A stretch of 63,994 bases of DNA, filler included, from an uncultured bacterium (GTDB lineage: Bacteria; CAYJOG01), in the NCBI GenBank assembly GCA_964371695.1. It is 8 parts of 8 records of this genome, joined end to end, with 100 filler letters (N's around TTAATTAATTAA, not from the genome) between each part and the next. Parts side by side here need not be neighbours in the genome. Positions count along the whole stretch, not along the records: positions 25,283 to 33,534 come from CAYJOG010000104.1; positions 33,635 to 41,861 come from CAYJOG010000105.1; 6 more parts are not named here. One strand, 5' to 3'. Position numbers and translations under genes: made by a program. The notes beneath the pieces are model-generated. The model was not told the DNA's origin, did not search any database, and was given only the letters and a program-made list of their open reading frames with translations. Numbering within the stretch: position 1 is the first letter of the stretch; every line of letters begins with the position of its first letter. Positions 28,446-38,269 of the stretch are shown here, piece after piece.

Positions 28446-29496
28446 CGCCACAGCGGGCAGTAACGGTCAAGCGGCCATTGATCAGGCCGAGTGGCCGGAG
28501 TTTGACGTGGCCGCCGCGCGCACGCTGAAAAACTCCACCGGCTCACTGGGCGAAGGCGCGAGAGTTGATTTTGCGTCCATGGGCCAGCAGGCCGACGCGG
28601 GCGCGCTCGCGGACAGCCTGGGTGAAGAGGAAGGCGCAGAAGAAGACTTCGGCGGGTTTGAAGAAGACCCCACCGCCGGGGCGGGCGCACACGAACAGGC
28701 CCACGCCGAACTGGGAGACATTCACGCCGAAATCGAGGCCGCCAAAAGCGAACTCGACGCCATGATGGACGAAATCGAGACGCTGAAAATGCGCCGCGAG
28801 GAGCTTTCGGAAAGCCTGCACGAAGAAACGGAAATTCTGCTTCAGCAGGCCAAGGAAGACGCCGGCACCCACCGCGACATGCTGGTGAGTCAGGCCCAGG
28901 ACGAAGCCAGCCGCCACAAACAGGAAGTCATCGAGGAAATGGCCCGCGTGAAGAAAGAAGCCTTTGCCGAGGCCTATGCCAAGGGTCAGGAAGAAGGCCA
29001 CGCCGACGGCTTCAAGGCCGGTTGTGAGGCGGGCAAGAAAAACGCTGCCCAGGACCTCACCTCCCTGTTCAACGCCCTGCGCAGCGCCATTGAAAAAAGC
29101 AATTCTTTGTTGTCGGAAGTGGCCCAGAACAGCGAAAGCCAGATCATTTCTCTGGCCATGAACATCGCCCGCAAGGTGATTCAGCGGGAGATCATGCTGG
29201 ACCCGAAAGCCACGGCGGACCTCATCCGCGCCGCGCTGCAAAAGGTGAGCCACCGCAAGGAGTTTTTCATCAAGGTCAGCCCGGTGGATCACGAATCCCT
29301 CAAGGCCCAGGAGCCCTACCTGCGGCAGGACCTGAAACAGATCGTGCATTTCGAGGTGCTGTCTGACAGCCGCGTGGAGCCGGGAGGTTGTCTCATCGAA
29401 ACCGAAGCCGGCTCGGTAGAGGCCAGTATTCAGAAGCAGCTTCAGTTCATCGAGGAACAGTTGCAGGGGCTTGCGCCCGGCCCAGCGGGGGGCTGA
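28429..29496 (+). CDS. fliH: Flagellar export protein FliH
   Basis: Coiled coil, GxxxG repeats, GGCLIETEAGSVEA. Confidence 0.9.
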   Translation: MKLLGNATAGSNGQAAIDQAEWPEFDVAAARTLKNSTGSLGEGARVDFASMGQQADAGALADSLGEEEGAEEDFGGFEEDPTAGAGAHEQAHAELGDIHAEIEAAKSELDAMMDEIETLKMRREELSESLHEETEILLQQAKEDAGTHRDMLVSQAQDEASRHKQEVIEEMARVKKEAFAEAYAKGQEEGHADGFKAGCEAGKKNAAQDLTSLFNALRSAIEKSNSLLSEVAQNSESQIISLAMNIARKVIQREIMLDPKATADLIRAALQKVSHRKEFFIKVSPVDHESLKAQEPYLRQDLKQIVHFEVLSDSRVEPGGCLIETEAGSVEASIQKQLQFIEEQLQGLAPGPAGG

Positions 29497-29502
29497 AGCC
29501 CC

Positions 29503-30831
29503 ATGACGCCCAGGCCAGACATCGATTTTGACAAGCTGCTGAACCACCTGGACACGCTGGACACGATTGAGCACGTGGGCCGGGTGCGTGAGGTGGTGGG
29601 CACACACATCAAGAGCAGCGGCCCCACGGCCCGGCTGGGAGATTGTTGTGTGGTGCTGGGACAGGGGCGCGAGGAAGTGCCCTGCGAGGTGGTGGGGTTT
29701 CGGGATGAAGACATGCTGCTCATGCCGCTGAGCAGCATGGAGGGCATCGGCCCCGGCGCAAAAGTGCGGGCCACCGGCAAACCCCTCACCGTGCCTGTGG
29801 GCCATGCGCTGATTGGCCGCGTGCTGGACGGCCTGGGCCGACCTCTGGACGGCGGGCCGCCGGTGTCGGGTCTGGCGCAGCGCAGCATTTATGCCGAAGC
29901 GCCCCATCCGCTGCACCGCCGCCGCATCGAAGACCCCCTCACCCTGGGCGTGAAGGCGGTAGACGCCCTGCTCACCACGGGCAAGGGCCAGCGCATCGGC
30001 ATTTTCAGTGGTTCGGGTGTGGGCAAGAGCACGCTCATGGGCATGATGGCCCGCAACACCAGCGCCGAGGTGAACGTGATTGGTCTGGTGGGCGAACGTG
30101 GCCGCGAGGTGCGCGAGTTCATCGAAAAAGACCTGGGCGAAGAGGGCCTGGCCCGCAGCGTGGTGGTGGTGGCCACCGGCGACCAGTTGCCTTTGGTGCG
30201 GGTGAAGGGGGCCTATGTGGCCACCACCATTGCCGAATATTTCCGCGATCAGGGTGCGGACGTGCTGCTGATGATGGACTCGCTCACGCGGTTTGCCATG
30301 GGCCTGCGCGAGGTGGGGCTGTCGGTGGGCGAGCCGCCCACCACGCGGGGTTACACCCCCACGGTGTTCGCGGCCATTCCCGCGTTGCTGGAGCGGGCGG
30401 GCACCAGCGAAAAAGGCAGCATCACGGGCATTTACACCGTGCTGGTCGAGGCCGACGACATGAACGAACCCATCGCCGACGCCGCTCGCGCCACGCTGGA
30501 CGGCCATCTGGTGCTCACCCGCGAACTGGCCCACCGGGGGCACTATCCCTCGCTGGACATTTTGCAGTCGGTGAGCCGCGTGATGAACGACATCACCCCC
30601 CGCAGCCAGCAGATTTACGCCCAGAAGTTCAAGGAACTGCTCGCGGATTTTCGCCGCACCGAAGACCTCATCAACATCGGGGCTTATGTGCGCGGTGCGA
30701 ACCCCCGTGTGGACGTGGCGGTGGACAAGTTCCCGGAGCTGGAAAGTTTTCTGCGCCAGGGGGTACACGAGCGCTGGCGGTTTCAGGACAGCGTGCAGGC
30801 CCTCACGCTGGCCCTGACGGGAGTGGTGTGA
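29503..30831 (+). CDS. fliI: Flagellar export ATPase FliI
   Basis: GSGVGKS, GERGREV, MDSLTRF, GEPPTTRGY. Confidence 0.97.
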   Translation: MTPRPDIDFDKLLNHLDTLDTIEHVGRVREVVGTHIKSSGPTARLGDCCVVLGQGREEVPCEVVGFRDEDMLLMPLSSMEGIGPGAKVRATGKPLTVPVGHALIGRVLDGLGRPLDGGPPVSGLAQRSIYAEAPHPLHRRRIEDPLTLGVKAVDALLTTGKGQRIGIFSGSGVGKSTLMGMMARNTSAEVNVIGLVGERGREVREFIEKDLGEEGLARSVVVVATGDQLPLVRVKGAYVATTIAEYFRDQGADVLLMMDSLTRFAMGLREVGLSVGEPPTTRGYTPTVFAAIPALLERAGTSEKGSITGIYTVLVEADDMNEPIADAARATLDGHLVLTRELAHRGHYPSLDILQSVSRVMNDITPRSQQIYAQKFKELLADFRRTEDLINIGAYVRGANPRVDVAVDKFPELESFLRQGVHERWRFQDSVQALTLALTGVV

Positions 30832-30832
30832 G

Positions 30833-31291
30833 TTGGCCTTCCGGTTTCAGTATCAGAAGGTGCTGGAGGTCAAGCAGGTCAAAAAGGAACTGGCCAGCGT
30901 GGAGGCCAGCCGCCGCCTGCTGAAGGTGCAGGAGGCCCAGCACCGGGTGGACACCCTCAATCACCAATATCGCAGCACGCGCGACGAAATGCGCCTGAAA
31001 CTGGAAGAAGGCGAAATCCAGGCGGCCCAGCTGGCGGGCTACAGCGGTTACCTGTTCATGCTGGAGCGGCACATCCGCCTGGCCACGGGTGATCTGGACA
31101 ACGCCAAGGCCCATCACCGGGAGTCCATGAAGTTGGTGGTGGCCGCCAAGCAGCAGGAGGAAATCTTCCAGAAGCTCAAAGACCGCCACAAGGCCGACTG
31201 GAAAAAAGAAGAAGAACGCCGCGACACCGCCCAACTGGACGAAGTGGGCGGGGTGCGGCATTTTCGTCGCCAGACCGCTGTAAAAGTGTAA
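30833..31291 (+). CDS. fliJ: Flagellar export chaperone FliJ
   Basis: FRFQYQKVL start, coiled coil, QLDE near the end; directly after fliI. Confidence 0.88.
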   Translation: MAFRFQYQKVLEVKQVKKELASVEASRRLLKVQEAQHRVDTLNHQYRSTRDEMRLKLEEGEIQAAQLAGYSGYLFMLERHIRLATGDLDNAKAHHRESMKLVVAAKQQEEIFQKLKDRHKADWKKEEERRDTAQLDEVGGVRHFRRQTAVKV

Positions 31292-31299
31292 AATAAAAG

Positions 31300-31989
31300 T
31301 TGGATAACTCCGTGGTCAGCCGCATCCAACAGATCATCAGCCGGATTTCCGAGATCCGCCACCGGTTCCATCTGGACACCCCGGCGGCCTCTGCCTTTGG
31401 CCAGCCGCCCCGGGGATTTGTGCAGGAGATGGACCGGGCGCTGGCCCCCTGGGGGGTCAATGCCGCGCCACCGGCCCAGAACACGCTCAAACCCTACGCC
31501 GAGCAGCCCCTGAACACGTCGGGAGCCTCTGGCGGTCGCGGGGCGGCTGGTTTTGTGTTGCCACAGAGCGCCCCGGTCAGCTCCTCTGTGGGCGTGGGTC
31601 AGCCCCAGGCCGCGCCCCGGGCCCAGCCGCCGCCCTTGCCCGCATTGCCTTTTGACGCTCCTCTGGAGCCGTTTGCCCCCGCCATGCAGCCCCAGATGCC
31701 GGGACTCAACGCCCCGGTGCCGGGCCTGCCCCCCCTGGGCGGTGCCGCGCCGGGGGCCGTGCTCAACAGCCTTCCCCTGCCCATGGGGGGGGCCACCCCC
31801 TCGCTGGAGGGGCTGGGTGAGGGCCTTGGCCTGGGACTGGGAGGGGGCCTGACCCCCGCCTCGGTGCAGCAGGCGCTTTCGGCCATGGGGCGCTTGAACA
31901 CTTTTGACCAGGCGCTTCGTGCCTATAATACCGGTTCCACCGCTGCCCGGCAGCACCAGGGCGTGCCCACCGTTTTCACCCAGCCTTAA
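31300..31989 (+). CDS. Hypothetical Pro/Gly-rich protein in the flagellar operon
   Basis: ORF 8 nt after fliJ; amphipathic N-terminal helix then low complexity. Confidence 0.6.
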   Translation: MDNSVVSRIQQIISRISEIRHRFHLDTPAASAFGQPPRGFVQEMDRALAPWGVNAAPPAQNTLKPYAEQPLNTSGASGGRGAAGFVLPQSAPVSSSVGVGQPQAAPRAQPPPLPALPFDAPLEPFAPAMQPQMPGLNAPVPGLPPLGGAAPGAVLNSLPLPMGGATPSLEGLGEGLGLGLGGGLTPASVQQALSAMGRLNTFDQALRAYNTGSTAARQHQGVPTVFTQP

Positions 31990-32043
31990 GTTCATCAAAC
32001 CGGCCCATACATACGCACATGGTTGACATGAAAAACTCCTGCC

Positions 32044-32222
32044 CCAGCTTATATTCTTCTGGTTCGCCGGTTTCATCCGTGAAACCTTGCGAACAACGCC
32101 GCACGGTTCAGGCTTCCCCTATAAGCTGGGAGCTGAGCATATCCAAAGGTTTCTATTCCGCTTTCCCCCTTTCCCCGCCCGTCCTGAACCGGCGGCGGAG
32201 CGGGCCATCCATGGCCCTTGGC
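32044..32222 (-). repeat. Family A structured element, copy 2
   Basis: Reverse complement carries both GGA-loop hairpins, the long stem and the tail. Confidence 0.9.
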
Positions 32223-32280
32223 TTCCTGGTTCCACGCTCCCTTCACTGAGTAGACTGTCAGACCCTTTTTTGCTTCCACC

Positions 32281-33054
32281 GTGAACAACATCACCCTGAA
32301 CATTCCACGCAAGGCCGCTGTCGCCGGAACAGTGCTGCTGGTGCTGTTGCTGGTGCTGGGGGCCTTGGGCGCAGTGCATCGCACGGGCAAGTTTCACAGT
32401 CAGGAAGTGGCCCTGAAGGCCAGCCTGGACCGCTGGCCCGTGGTGGGGAGCCTCTCCAAAAAGTTTTTCCACCCCCGCCCGCCCCAAAAGGTGAGTGGCG
32501 AACTGGTGGTGGTGCAGCGCAATCAGGAAAAACTCGCCGTGGCCTATGAAGCCGCCGGCATGCGGCTGGCCGAAATTGAGCAGGAAAAAGAAAACCTGGC
32601 CCGGCAGGTGAAGGCGCAGAACCAGCAACTGCGCAACACCGAAAAACTGCTCGAAGAAATCAGCCGCAAACTCAACGACGCAGGCGCGAAAAAGAAAAAT
32701 CTCGCGGATATCGAAAAGACCGCGCAAAAAGCCGCCCTTTCGGTACGCCGCGACCTGGAAAAGGAACTCAAACCCCAACTCACCACACTCAATCGCAAGG
32801 TTTCACAAAAAAGTCAACTCAGCGAGAAGGATCTCGCCCGCCAGGACCTCAACTTCAAACGTCTCAGCAAGGTCTACGCCGAAATGGACGCCGACGTGAT
32901 CGCTGAAATCTTTCAGGACAAAACCCTGAAGGAGTCTCAGTCGGTGGAAATTCTCCGCCGTTTGCCCAAAGACAAAATCAGCGAGGTATTGGCGGCCATG
33001 GACGCATCCACCGCAGCCGCCTATACCCGCCTTCTGGCGGAAAGAGCGCGGTGA
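32281..33054 (+). CDS. MotE/YlxF-like flagellar protein (MgtE N-terminal-like domain)
   Basis: TM helix + coiled coil + LSKVYAEMD...ILRRL...SEVLAAMD; between fliJ and fliK. Confidence 0.8.
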   Translation: MNNITLNIPRKAAVAGTVLLVLLLVLGALGAVHRTGKFHSQEVALKASLDRWPVVGSLSKKFFHPRPPQKVSGELVVVQRNQEKLAVAYEAAGMRLAEIEQEKENLARQVKAQNQQLRNTEKLLEEISRKLNDAGAKKKNLADIEKTAQKAALSVRRDLEKELKPQLTTLNRKVSQKSQLSEKDLARQDLNFKRLSKVYAEMDADVIAEIFQDKTLKESQSVEILRRLPKDKISEVLAAMDASTAAAYTRLLAERAR

Positions 33055-33146
33055 GCGGAATGGCGAAAAAGCACCTCTTTCAACCATTTTTACTTCCTAC
33101 TTCTGCATATCCCGTGATGGACTTTGACGGGAAAGGAGGTGAGAAC

Positions 33147-33534
33147 ATGAACGTCACATCACTTTTTTACACCAAAGCAACAAAAGGTTCCCAGGGTGGT
33201 GTGTCCGGTCTTTCCAATGGCCAGACACAACAAGCCGAAAACAGCGGTTTTGAAGCGGTGCTCAGCAAGGCTTTTCAGCGCCAGGCCCCGCCCAAAAAAC
33301 TCAGCCCCAAAACCCAGCAGCAGACCGACAAAAAAAGCCCCGCTCCCCGTGTGGTGTCCGCCAAAGGCAAGCGCAAAGAGGACATCGCCGCCGAAGTGGT
33401 GGCTTTTGTGCAGCAGGCGGCACAGCCCAAGGCCCCGGCTCCCCCCCCTCAGGCGGCGGACAAAGCCGAAGCCCCCGTGTTGGTGCAGGCCCCCGAAAAA
33501 ACCAGCTCCTCCTTTAACAAACCCGCTTCAGACG
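33147..33534 (+). CDS. fliK: Probable hook-length control protein FliK, N-terminal fragment
   Basis: AAGGAGGT RBS, FEAVL motif, low complexity; called on synteny only because the conserved C-domain is cut off. Confidence 0.55.
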
Positions 33535-33634
33535 NNNNNNNNNNNNNNNNNNNNNNNNNNNNNNNNNNNNNNNNNNNNTTAATTAATTAANNNNNNNNNN
33601 NNNNNNNNNNNNNNNNNNNNNNNNNNNNNNNNNN

Positions 33635-34022
33635 GCGCCCGCCGGGGCTGCGCGCGGCCCCACCCCGCCAGCGCCGCCCCCCCCCCCCGGGCCCCCCCTG
33701 CCCCGGGGGGGGGGAGCTGAATCACCTCTGCCGGGCCTTTGTCCCCAGCCTGGGTCACCACGGCTTCGCTGAAATACACCAGCACCGTGCTGGTCACATC
33801 CACTTCTTCTTCATCGTCGGGAGCCACGTGCAGGGCGCGGAAAGGGGCGTTTTTGTCAACCTTGGGGGTGACGGTGGGGGGGCGCTGATTGAGTTTGAAA
33901 TCGCCCTGGGGCATGCCCGCCTTGCCACGGGGGCAGCCGCCAAACAGCACCACGCACAACAGCAGGGGCGAGGCCCCCAGCAGGAACTTTCCGAAGTTTT
34001 TGAGGGGAGTAGAGGTTTTCAT
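33635..34022 (-). CDS. Lipoprotein with Ig-like (Big_5-like) start, 3' truncated
   Basis: Lipobox-like LFGGC; VAPDDEEEVDVTSTVLVYFSEAV. Confidence 0.55.
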
Positions 34023-34527
34023 TGAAGTTCGGAAATCAGCAGGGGAATTGCCACCCATTTTTCATTCAGTTTCAAAAAGTCTACATAAATGGTGCGGGGC
34101 TGGTCGTCTGGCTTGGGTTGCAGCTTGGTGAGTTTAAACCCGGCGGTGGCGCAGGGCGGCGGGGTACTCACCTGAGATTGGGGGGGCAGCATCTGGTTGA
34201 CCTTGCCGGTGGCGCAGAACTGCTGTGGCGGTGGCTCAAAGGTGCAGGCGCCCGTGTCGGCCAGTTGGGTGACCCACACGTTGTACCAGTCGGAATAGGC
34301 GGTTTCGCCCATGGTTTGCAGATGTTGTAGTGAAGTGGCGTCATAAAGGGGCACCAGGGCGCTGGCGTCTCTTGCCACGATGGTGTTGCAAAACTGGGTA
34401 AGGGTCTGGTCCAGGGCCGGGTCTTTGCCGCTGGATCGGCCGCTCAGCACCCTGGAGCGCATGAGGTACATGCCNNNNNNNNNNTCACCACCAAGCCAAT
34501 CAGGGTTTTACGGTCTTTGTCTTCCAT
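34019..34527 (-). CDS. Hypothetical membrane-anchored protein (spans a small N gap)
   Basis: MEDKDRKTLIGLVV... continues into MYLMRS...; ATGA coupling to the next gene. Confidence 0.6.
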
Positions 34528-34582
34528 GGGGCAGGCGGTAAAAAATCATCTTATCACCTGGGCGAGGCGTTTATTTTTGCGG

Positions 34583-34766
34583 AAAGCCTGTTTTAAAAGT
34601 GCGCGATGTGGAACATGGCGCACGATAAACAGGCTCTTGCGCTCATGGATGAGCGCATCCGAAAGCCGAAACTTTGAAGAAGTTGAGGTTTTCGCAATCA
34701 GGGCCGGGCTTTGCCCGGACCTGATTGGGTTTATAAAGTCCAGGAGGGACTTTATAAACAGGTTCT
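34583..34766 (+). mobile_element. Family B five-hairpin MITE-like element, copy 1
   Basis: Imperfect terminal IR AAAGCCTGTTTTAAAAGT / ACTTTATAAACAGGTTCT; same hairpin order as 38270-38448. Confidence 0.65.
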
Positions 34767-34812
34767 GAGATTGCAGATGACCTTTTGGCGTGGCGGTTTA
34801 TAATTCTTTCTC

Positions 34813-35076
34813 GTGGCCAAGGTTGTGATTTACACCACTGCGTACTGCCCCTATTGCGACATGGCCAAGGCCCTGCTCACGCGCAAACAGGCGGCTTATG
34901 AAAACGTGGACGTGAGCAACGACGCCGAAAAACGCGCCTGGCTGGCCCAGGTCACCGGCCAGCGCACCGTGCCGCAGATATTCATCAACGACAAACCCAT
35001 CGGCGGATTTGACGAACTTTCGGCCCTGCAGCGCACCGGCAAGCTGGACCCATTGCTGGCTGAGCCTGAGGTATAG
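34813..35076 (+). CDS. grxC: Glutaredoxin 3
   Basis: CPYC, RTVPQIFI, IGGFDEL. Confidence 0.95.
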   Translation: MAKVVIYTTAYCPYCDMAKALLTRKQAAYENVDVSNDAEKRAWLAQVTGQRTVPQIFINDKPIGGFDELSALQRTGKLDPLLAEPEV

Positions 35077-35127
35077 CCGTGGGCCAGCCAGGTGAACACA
35101 ACTTCTGGCTCCGGGGCGATATCCACG

Positions 35128-35310
35128 GCCAGAGGCCATGGATGGCCGTTTCCGCCGCCGCTCCAGCGTGGCCGGGGCTTATCCACAAGTCGGCATTGAA
35201 TCAAAAAATAACGGTTATCACTCACGCTGCTCTCAGGGTTGGGCTGGAGCGTGCGGCGTTGTTTGCAAGGTTTCATGGATGAAACCGGCGAACCAGAAGG
35301 TAAAAGCGGG
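35128..35310 (+). repeat. Family A structured element, copy 3
   Basis: Both GGA-loop hairpins; compensated stem CGCTCCAGC/GCTGGAGCG. Confidence 0.9.
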
Positions 35311-35378
35311 ATGGGGTTTTTATCTCCCGCGCCCAAGCCAGTGCTGTTCTAACCAATCAGAAAAATGGGGGTAAGGAA

Positions 35379-35948
35379 TTGGCGAACGAGGAAGTCCTTG
35401 GGTATTACCGGCCCCTTGGCCCGTGGGACGCGTGGTATCGCAAGCTGATCCTGCTTTTGGGGGTGGTGGTGTTGCTCGTGGTGTGTTTTGAAGTGCAAGA
35501 AAGCGGATTCAAGGGCAACAGCAAAAAGGTGATGTTTCTGCTCAAGGAAAACCCCATCACCGAAGACTGGTATGAAGACCACGACAACCTCAAAAAAACC
35601 CTGGCCCTTGGTCCCTCAGACCCCAACAGCGGCGAGCGCACGGTGTGGTATCTCGACCAAAGCGTGGTGCATTTGCGCGACACGCTGGAACTGATCAATG
35701 AATGGGACTTTGAGCACCATTACGGCCCGTTTGTGGCTGAGACAGACGAGGTTTTCCGCCGCCTGGAGTTTGCCCGCCAGCGGGTGAAATATCACTACGG
35801 CCTCAACGCCCAGACCATGGCAGAGGTGCAGGGGGCTGTAGAAAAACAGGAAAAACTCATGCGCCTGTTCATAGAGCGGGGCGGCGGTCAGGACCTGTTC
35901 TGGAACATGGTCAATTATTATTACCGGGGCAAGGGGCGGGGCCGATGA
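35379..35948 (+). CDS. Hypothetical membrane protein
   Basis: AAGGA RBS, TTG start, one TM helix, ATGA coupling to rhomboid. Confidence 0.7.
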   Translation: MANEEVLGYYRPLGPWDAWYRKLILLLGVVVLLVVCFEVQESGFKGNSKKVMFLLKENPITEDWYEDHDNLKKTLALGPSDPNSGERTVWYLDQSVVHLRDTLELINEWDFEHHYGPFVAETDEVFRRLEFARQRVKYHYGLNAQTMAEVQGAVEKQEKLMRLFIERGGGQDLFWNMVNYYYRGKGRGR

Positions 35949-36889
35949 ACCGTTTTGCGCTCAGGGTGTTTCCCACCCTCACGGTGGGGTTCATTGTGAT
36001 CAACGCGGTGATTTATTCGCTGCTCTGCCTGCCCCAGTTACACGAGATCACCTCGTGGACCTCCATGGTGGCGTTTGGTTATCTGAAGGGGGAGGAGTCC
36101 TTCACCTCGGCCATGACGGCCATGTTCATGCACGCCGACATCAATCACATCATCGGCAACATGATCTTTCTGCTCATTTTTGGCTGGGCGGTGGAAGACG
36201 ACCTGGGGCCGTTTGTTTTTCTGTCCTTTTACCTTTTCACCGGCCTCATGGCCTCGGTGGCGCACTCCCTGTTCGGTGTGCCGCCCAGCGAGGAGTTCAG
36301 CTTTTCGGTGGGGGCTTCTGGCGCGGTGATGGGTGTGGTGGGGGGCTATCTGGTGCTGATTCCGGGGGCGCGCATACAGTCCTTCAAACAAAACGGCTGT
36401 GTGTCGGTGTTCATCAGCCTGATTGTAGGGCTGATGGCGGCCAAGGCGATTTACAACGACATCAACGCGGTGCTGCATCCCCGCGAAGGCGCGGCGGTGG
36501 CCCACTGGGCGCACATCGGGGGATTCACCAGCGGGGCTTTTCTGGGGGTGTTGCTTCGTCCCCGTCTCAGAACCCACCGCGAGGTGGCCACCATTCGTGT
36601 GATGCCCAAAAGAAAAACCAACACCCTGCCTGATGCCGCCGAAGAGGGAGAAACCCCGCCGCCGGAAGAAGAAACGGTGTGGGTGAACTGGAACGCCGTG
36701 GCCCGCGTGGTGGCGGAGGGGGCCTTTCCGCCTCGGGTGGCGGCCCTGGCCCAGACCCAGGACCGCGAGTCGCAGGTGACGCTGCTGCAACAGATGCAGG
36801 CCCACCTGTTGCGTCAGGAAAAACCTGCTGAGGCCCAGCGGGTGGGGGGCCTTCTGCGCCTGCTGGGTGTGCGTTTGCCGGGTGTGTAG
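35945..36889 (+). CDS. Rhomboid intramembrane serine protease
   Basis: MFMHADINHIIGNM, GASG, AHWAHIGG. Confidence 0.92.
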   Translation: MNRFALRVFPTLTVGFIVINAVIYSLLCLPQLHEITSWTSMVAFGYLKGEESFTSAMTAMFMHADINHIIGNMIFLLIFGWAVEDDLGPFVFLSFYLFTGLMASVAHSLFGVPPSEEFSFSVGASGAVMGVVGGYLVLIPGARIQSFKQNGCVSVFISLIVGLMAAKAIYNDINAVLHPREGAAVAHWAHIGGFTSGAFLGVLLRPRLRTHREVATIRVMPKRKTNTLPDAAEEGETPPPEEETVWVNWNAVARVVAEGAFPPRVAALAQTQDRESQVTLLQQMQAHLLRQEKPAEAQRVGGLLRLLGVRLPGV

Positions 36890-36915
36890 CTTCCGTCCGT
36901 TATCATCCTCAGGCA

Positions 36916-38265
36916 GTGAAAAAAGAAACGCCCCTCAAAACTGTCCGATCGGCCATGCCCCGTGTGTTGTTGGTGGGCCGCCCCAACACGGGCAAAAGCA
37001 CGCTCTTTAACCGCATCACACAAACCCGCCAGTCCATTGTTTACCCCACTGCTGGCGTCACCCGCGACCTGCACGGCCTGAAAACCGACTGGAATGGCCG
37101 CGAGTTTCTGCTGTTTGACGCGGCTGGTCTGGAGACGCAGGCCACGCCCGACTCCATTTTGGGGGGGGCGGCCAGCATTTTGAGTCAGGAAGCCAAAAAC
37201 ATGGATGTGCTGGTGTTGGTGGTGGATGGCCGCGAGGGCATGACCGCTTCGGACGAAGCCGCTGCCCAGTGGGCGCGAATGCTGGGCAAACCTGTGGTGG
37301 TGGCGGTGAACAAGGTGGAGCACAGCAAAAAAGCCGTGTTGTGGTTGGCGGATTTTTATGTCTTTGGTTTTGACGTGGTGGTGCCCACCAGCGGCGAACA
37401 CGGTCAGGGGGTGGGGGATCTGCTGGATGAAATCGTGGCCCTGCTGCCGCCGCCGGGCGAGGGGCTGGTGGCCGACCGGGGTCAGGTGTTGTTGCTGGGG
37501 CGGCCCAACGTGGGCAAAAGCACCCTGTTCAATCACCTGCTGGGCAAAACCCGTGCGGTGGTTCACCCCACGGCGGGCACCACGCGAGATTTGGTGGAAG
37601 AACCCATCGCCCTGCCCGGCGGCCCGGCCATGTTGGTGGATGCCGCTGGCCTTGTGCGGGGGATGCTCAAAAAGGATGACCTTCAGTTTTACAGCGAGCA
37701 GCGGGTGAGGGGCGCGGTGAAAGACGCCCGTCTGGTGCTGGTGTGCCTGAACCCCCGCGAAGGGCTGATGCATCAGGACCGCACGCTGTTTCACTTGGCC
37801 CTGGAACAGTCCCGCGCCCTGGTGGTGCTGCTGATGCAGAGTGATCTGGTGCCAGAAGAAAAACGCCGCGAAACCGAATTTTTGCTGGAAGAAAAACTTT
37901 TTGTTTCGCAGCACTTTCCCTTTTTGTGGCTCAGCGGCCAAAAAGGCCAGGGCATCACCAATCTGCGCAAAAAACTGAACATCTGGCTGGATGAACCACC
38001 CCCCATTCTGAGCAAACAAACGCTGAACAGCCTGCTGGAACGCTGGAAGATTTTGTTGCCGCCCCCCAGAGTCAAGGGCAAATCCCTGCACCTCAAAAAA
38101 CTGGTCATGCCCCGGCCCGGACTGTTTGTGCTCACGGTGGCTGGTCAGGGAGAAATGCCCGTGAGTTATGAGCGCCGCCTGAAACGCCAGTTGATTCAGG
38201 AACTCCCCCTCACCCCCTGGGTGATTTTGTTCAAGGTGAACTTTGTGAGGCCGGTGAAGAAATAA
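36916..38265 (+). CDS. der: Der/EngA double-GTPase (divergent)
   Basis: Two tandem G domains GRPNTGKS/GVTRD and GRPNVGKS/GTTRD; KH-like end SYERRL. Confidence 0.85.
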   Translation: MKKETPLKTVRSAMPRVLLVGRPNTGKSTLFNRITQTRQSIVYPTAGVTRDLHGLKTDWNGREFLLFDAAGLETQATPDSILGGAASILSQEAKNMDVLVLVVDGREGMTASDEAAAQWARMLGKPVVVAVNKVEHSKKAVLWLADFYVFGFDVVVPTSGEHGQGVGDLLDEIVALLPPPGEGLVADRGQVLLLGRPNVGKSTLFNHLLGKTRAVVHPTAGTTRDLVEEPIALPGGPAMLVDAAGLVRGMLKKDDLQFYSEQRVRGAVKDARLVLVCLNPREGLMHQDRTLFHLALEQSRALVVLLMQSDLVPEEKRRETEFLLEEKLFVSQHFPFLWLSGQKGQGITNLRKKLNIWLDEPPPILSKQTLNSLLERWKILLPPPRVKGKSLHLKKLVMPRPGLFVLTVAGQGEMPVSYERRLKRQLIQELPLTPWVILFKVNFVRPVKK

Positions 38266-38269
38266 TTTT

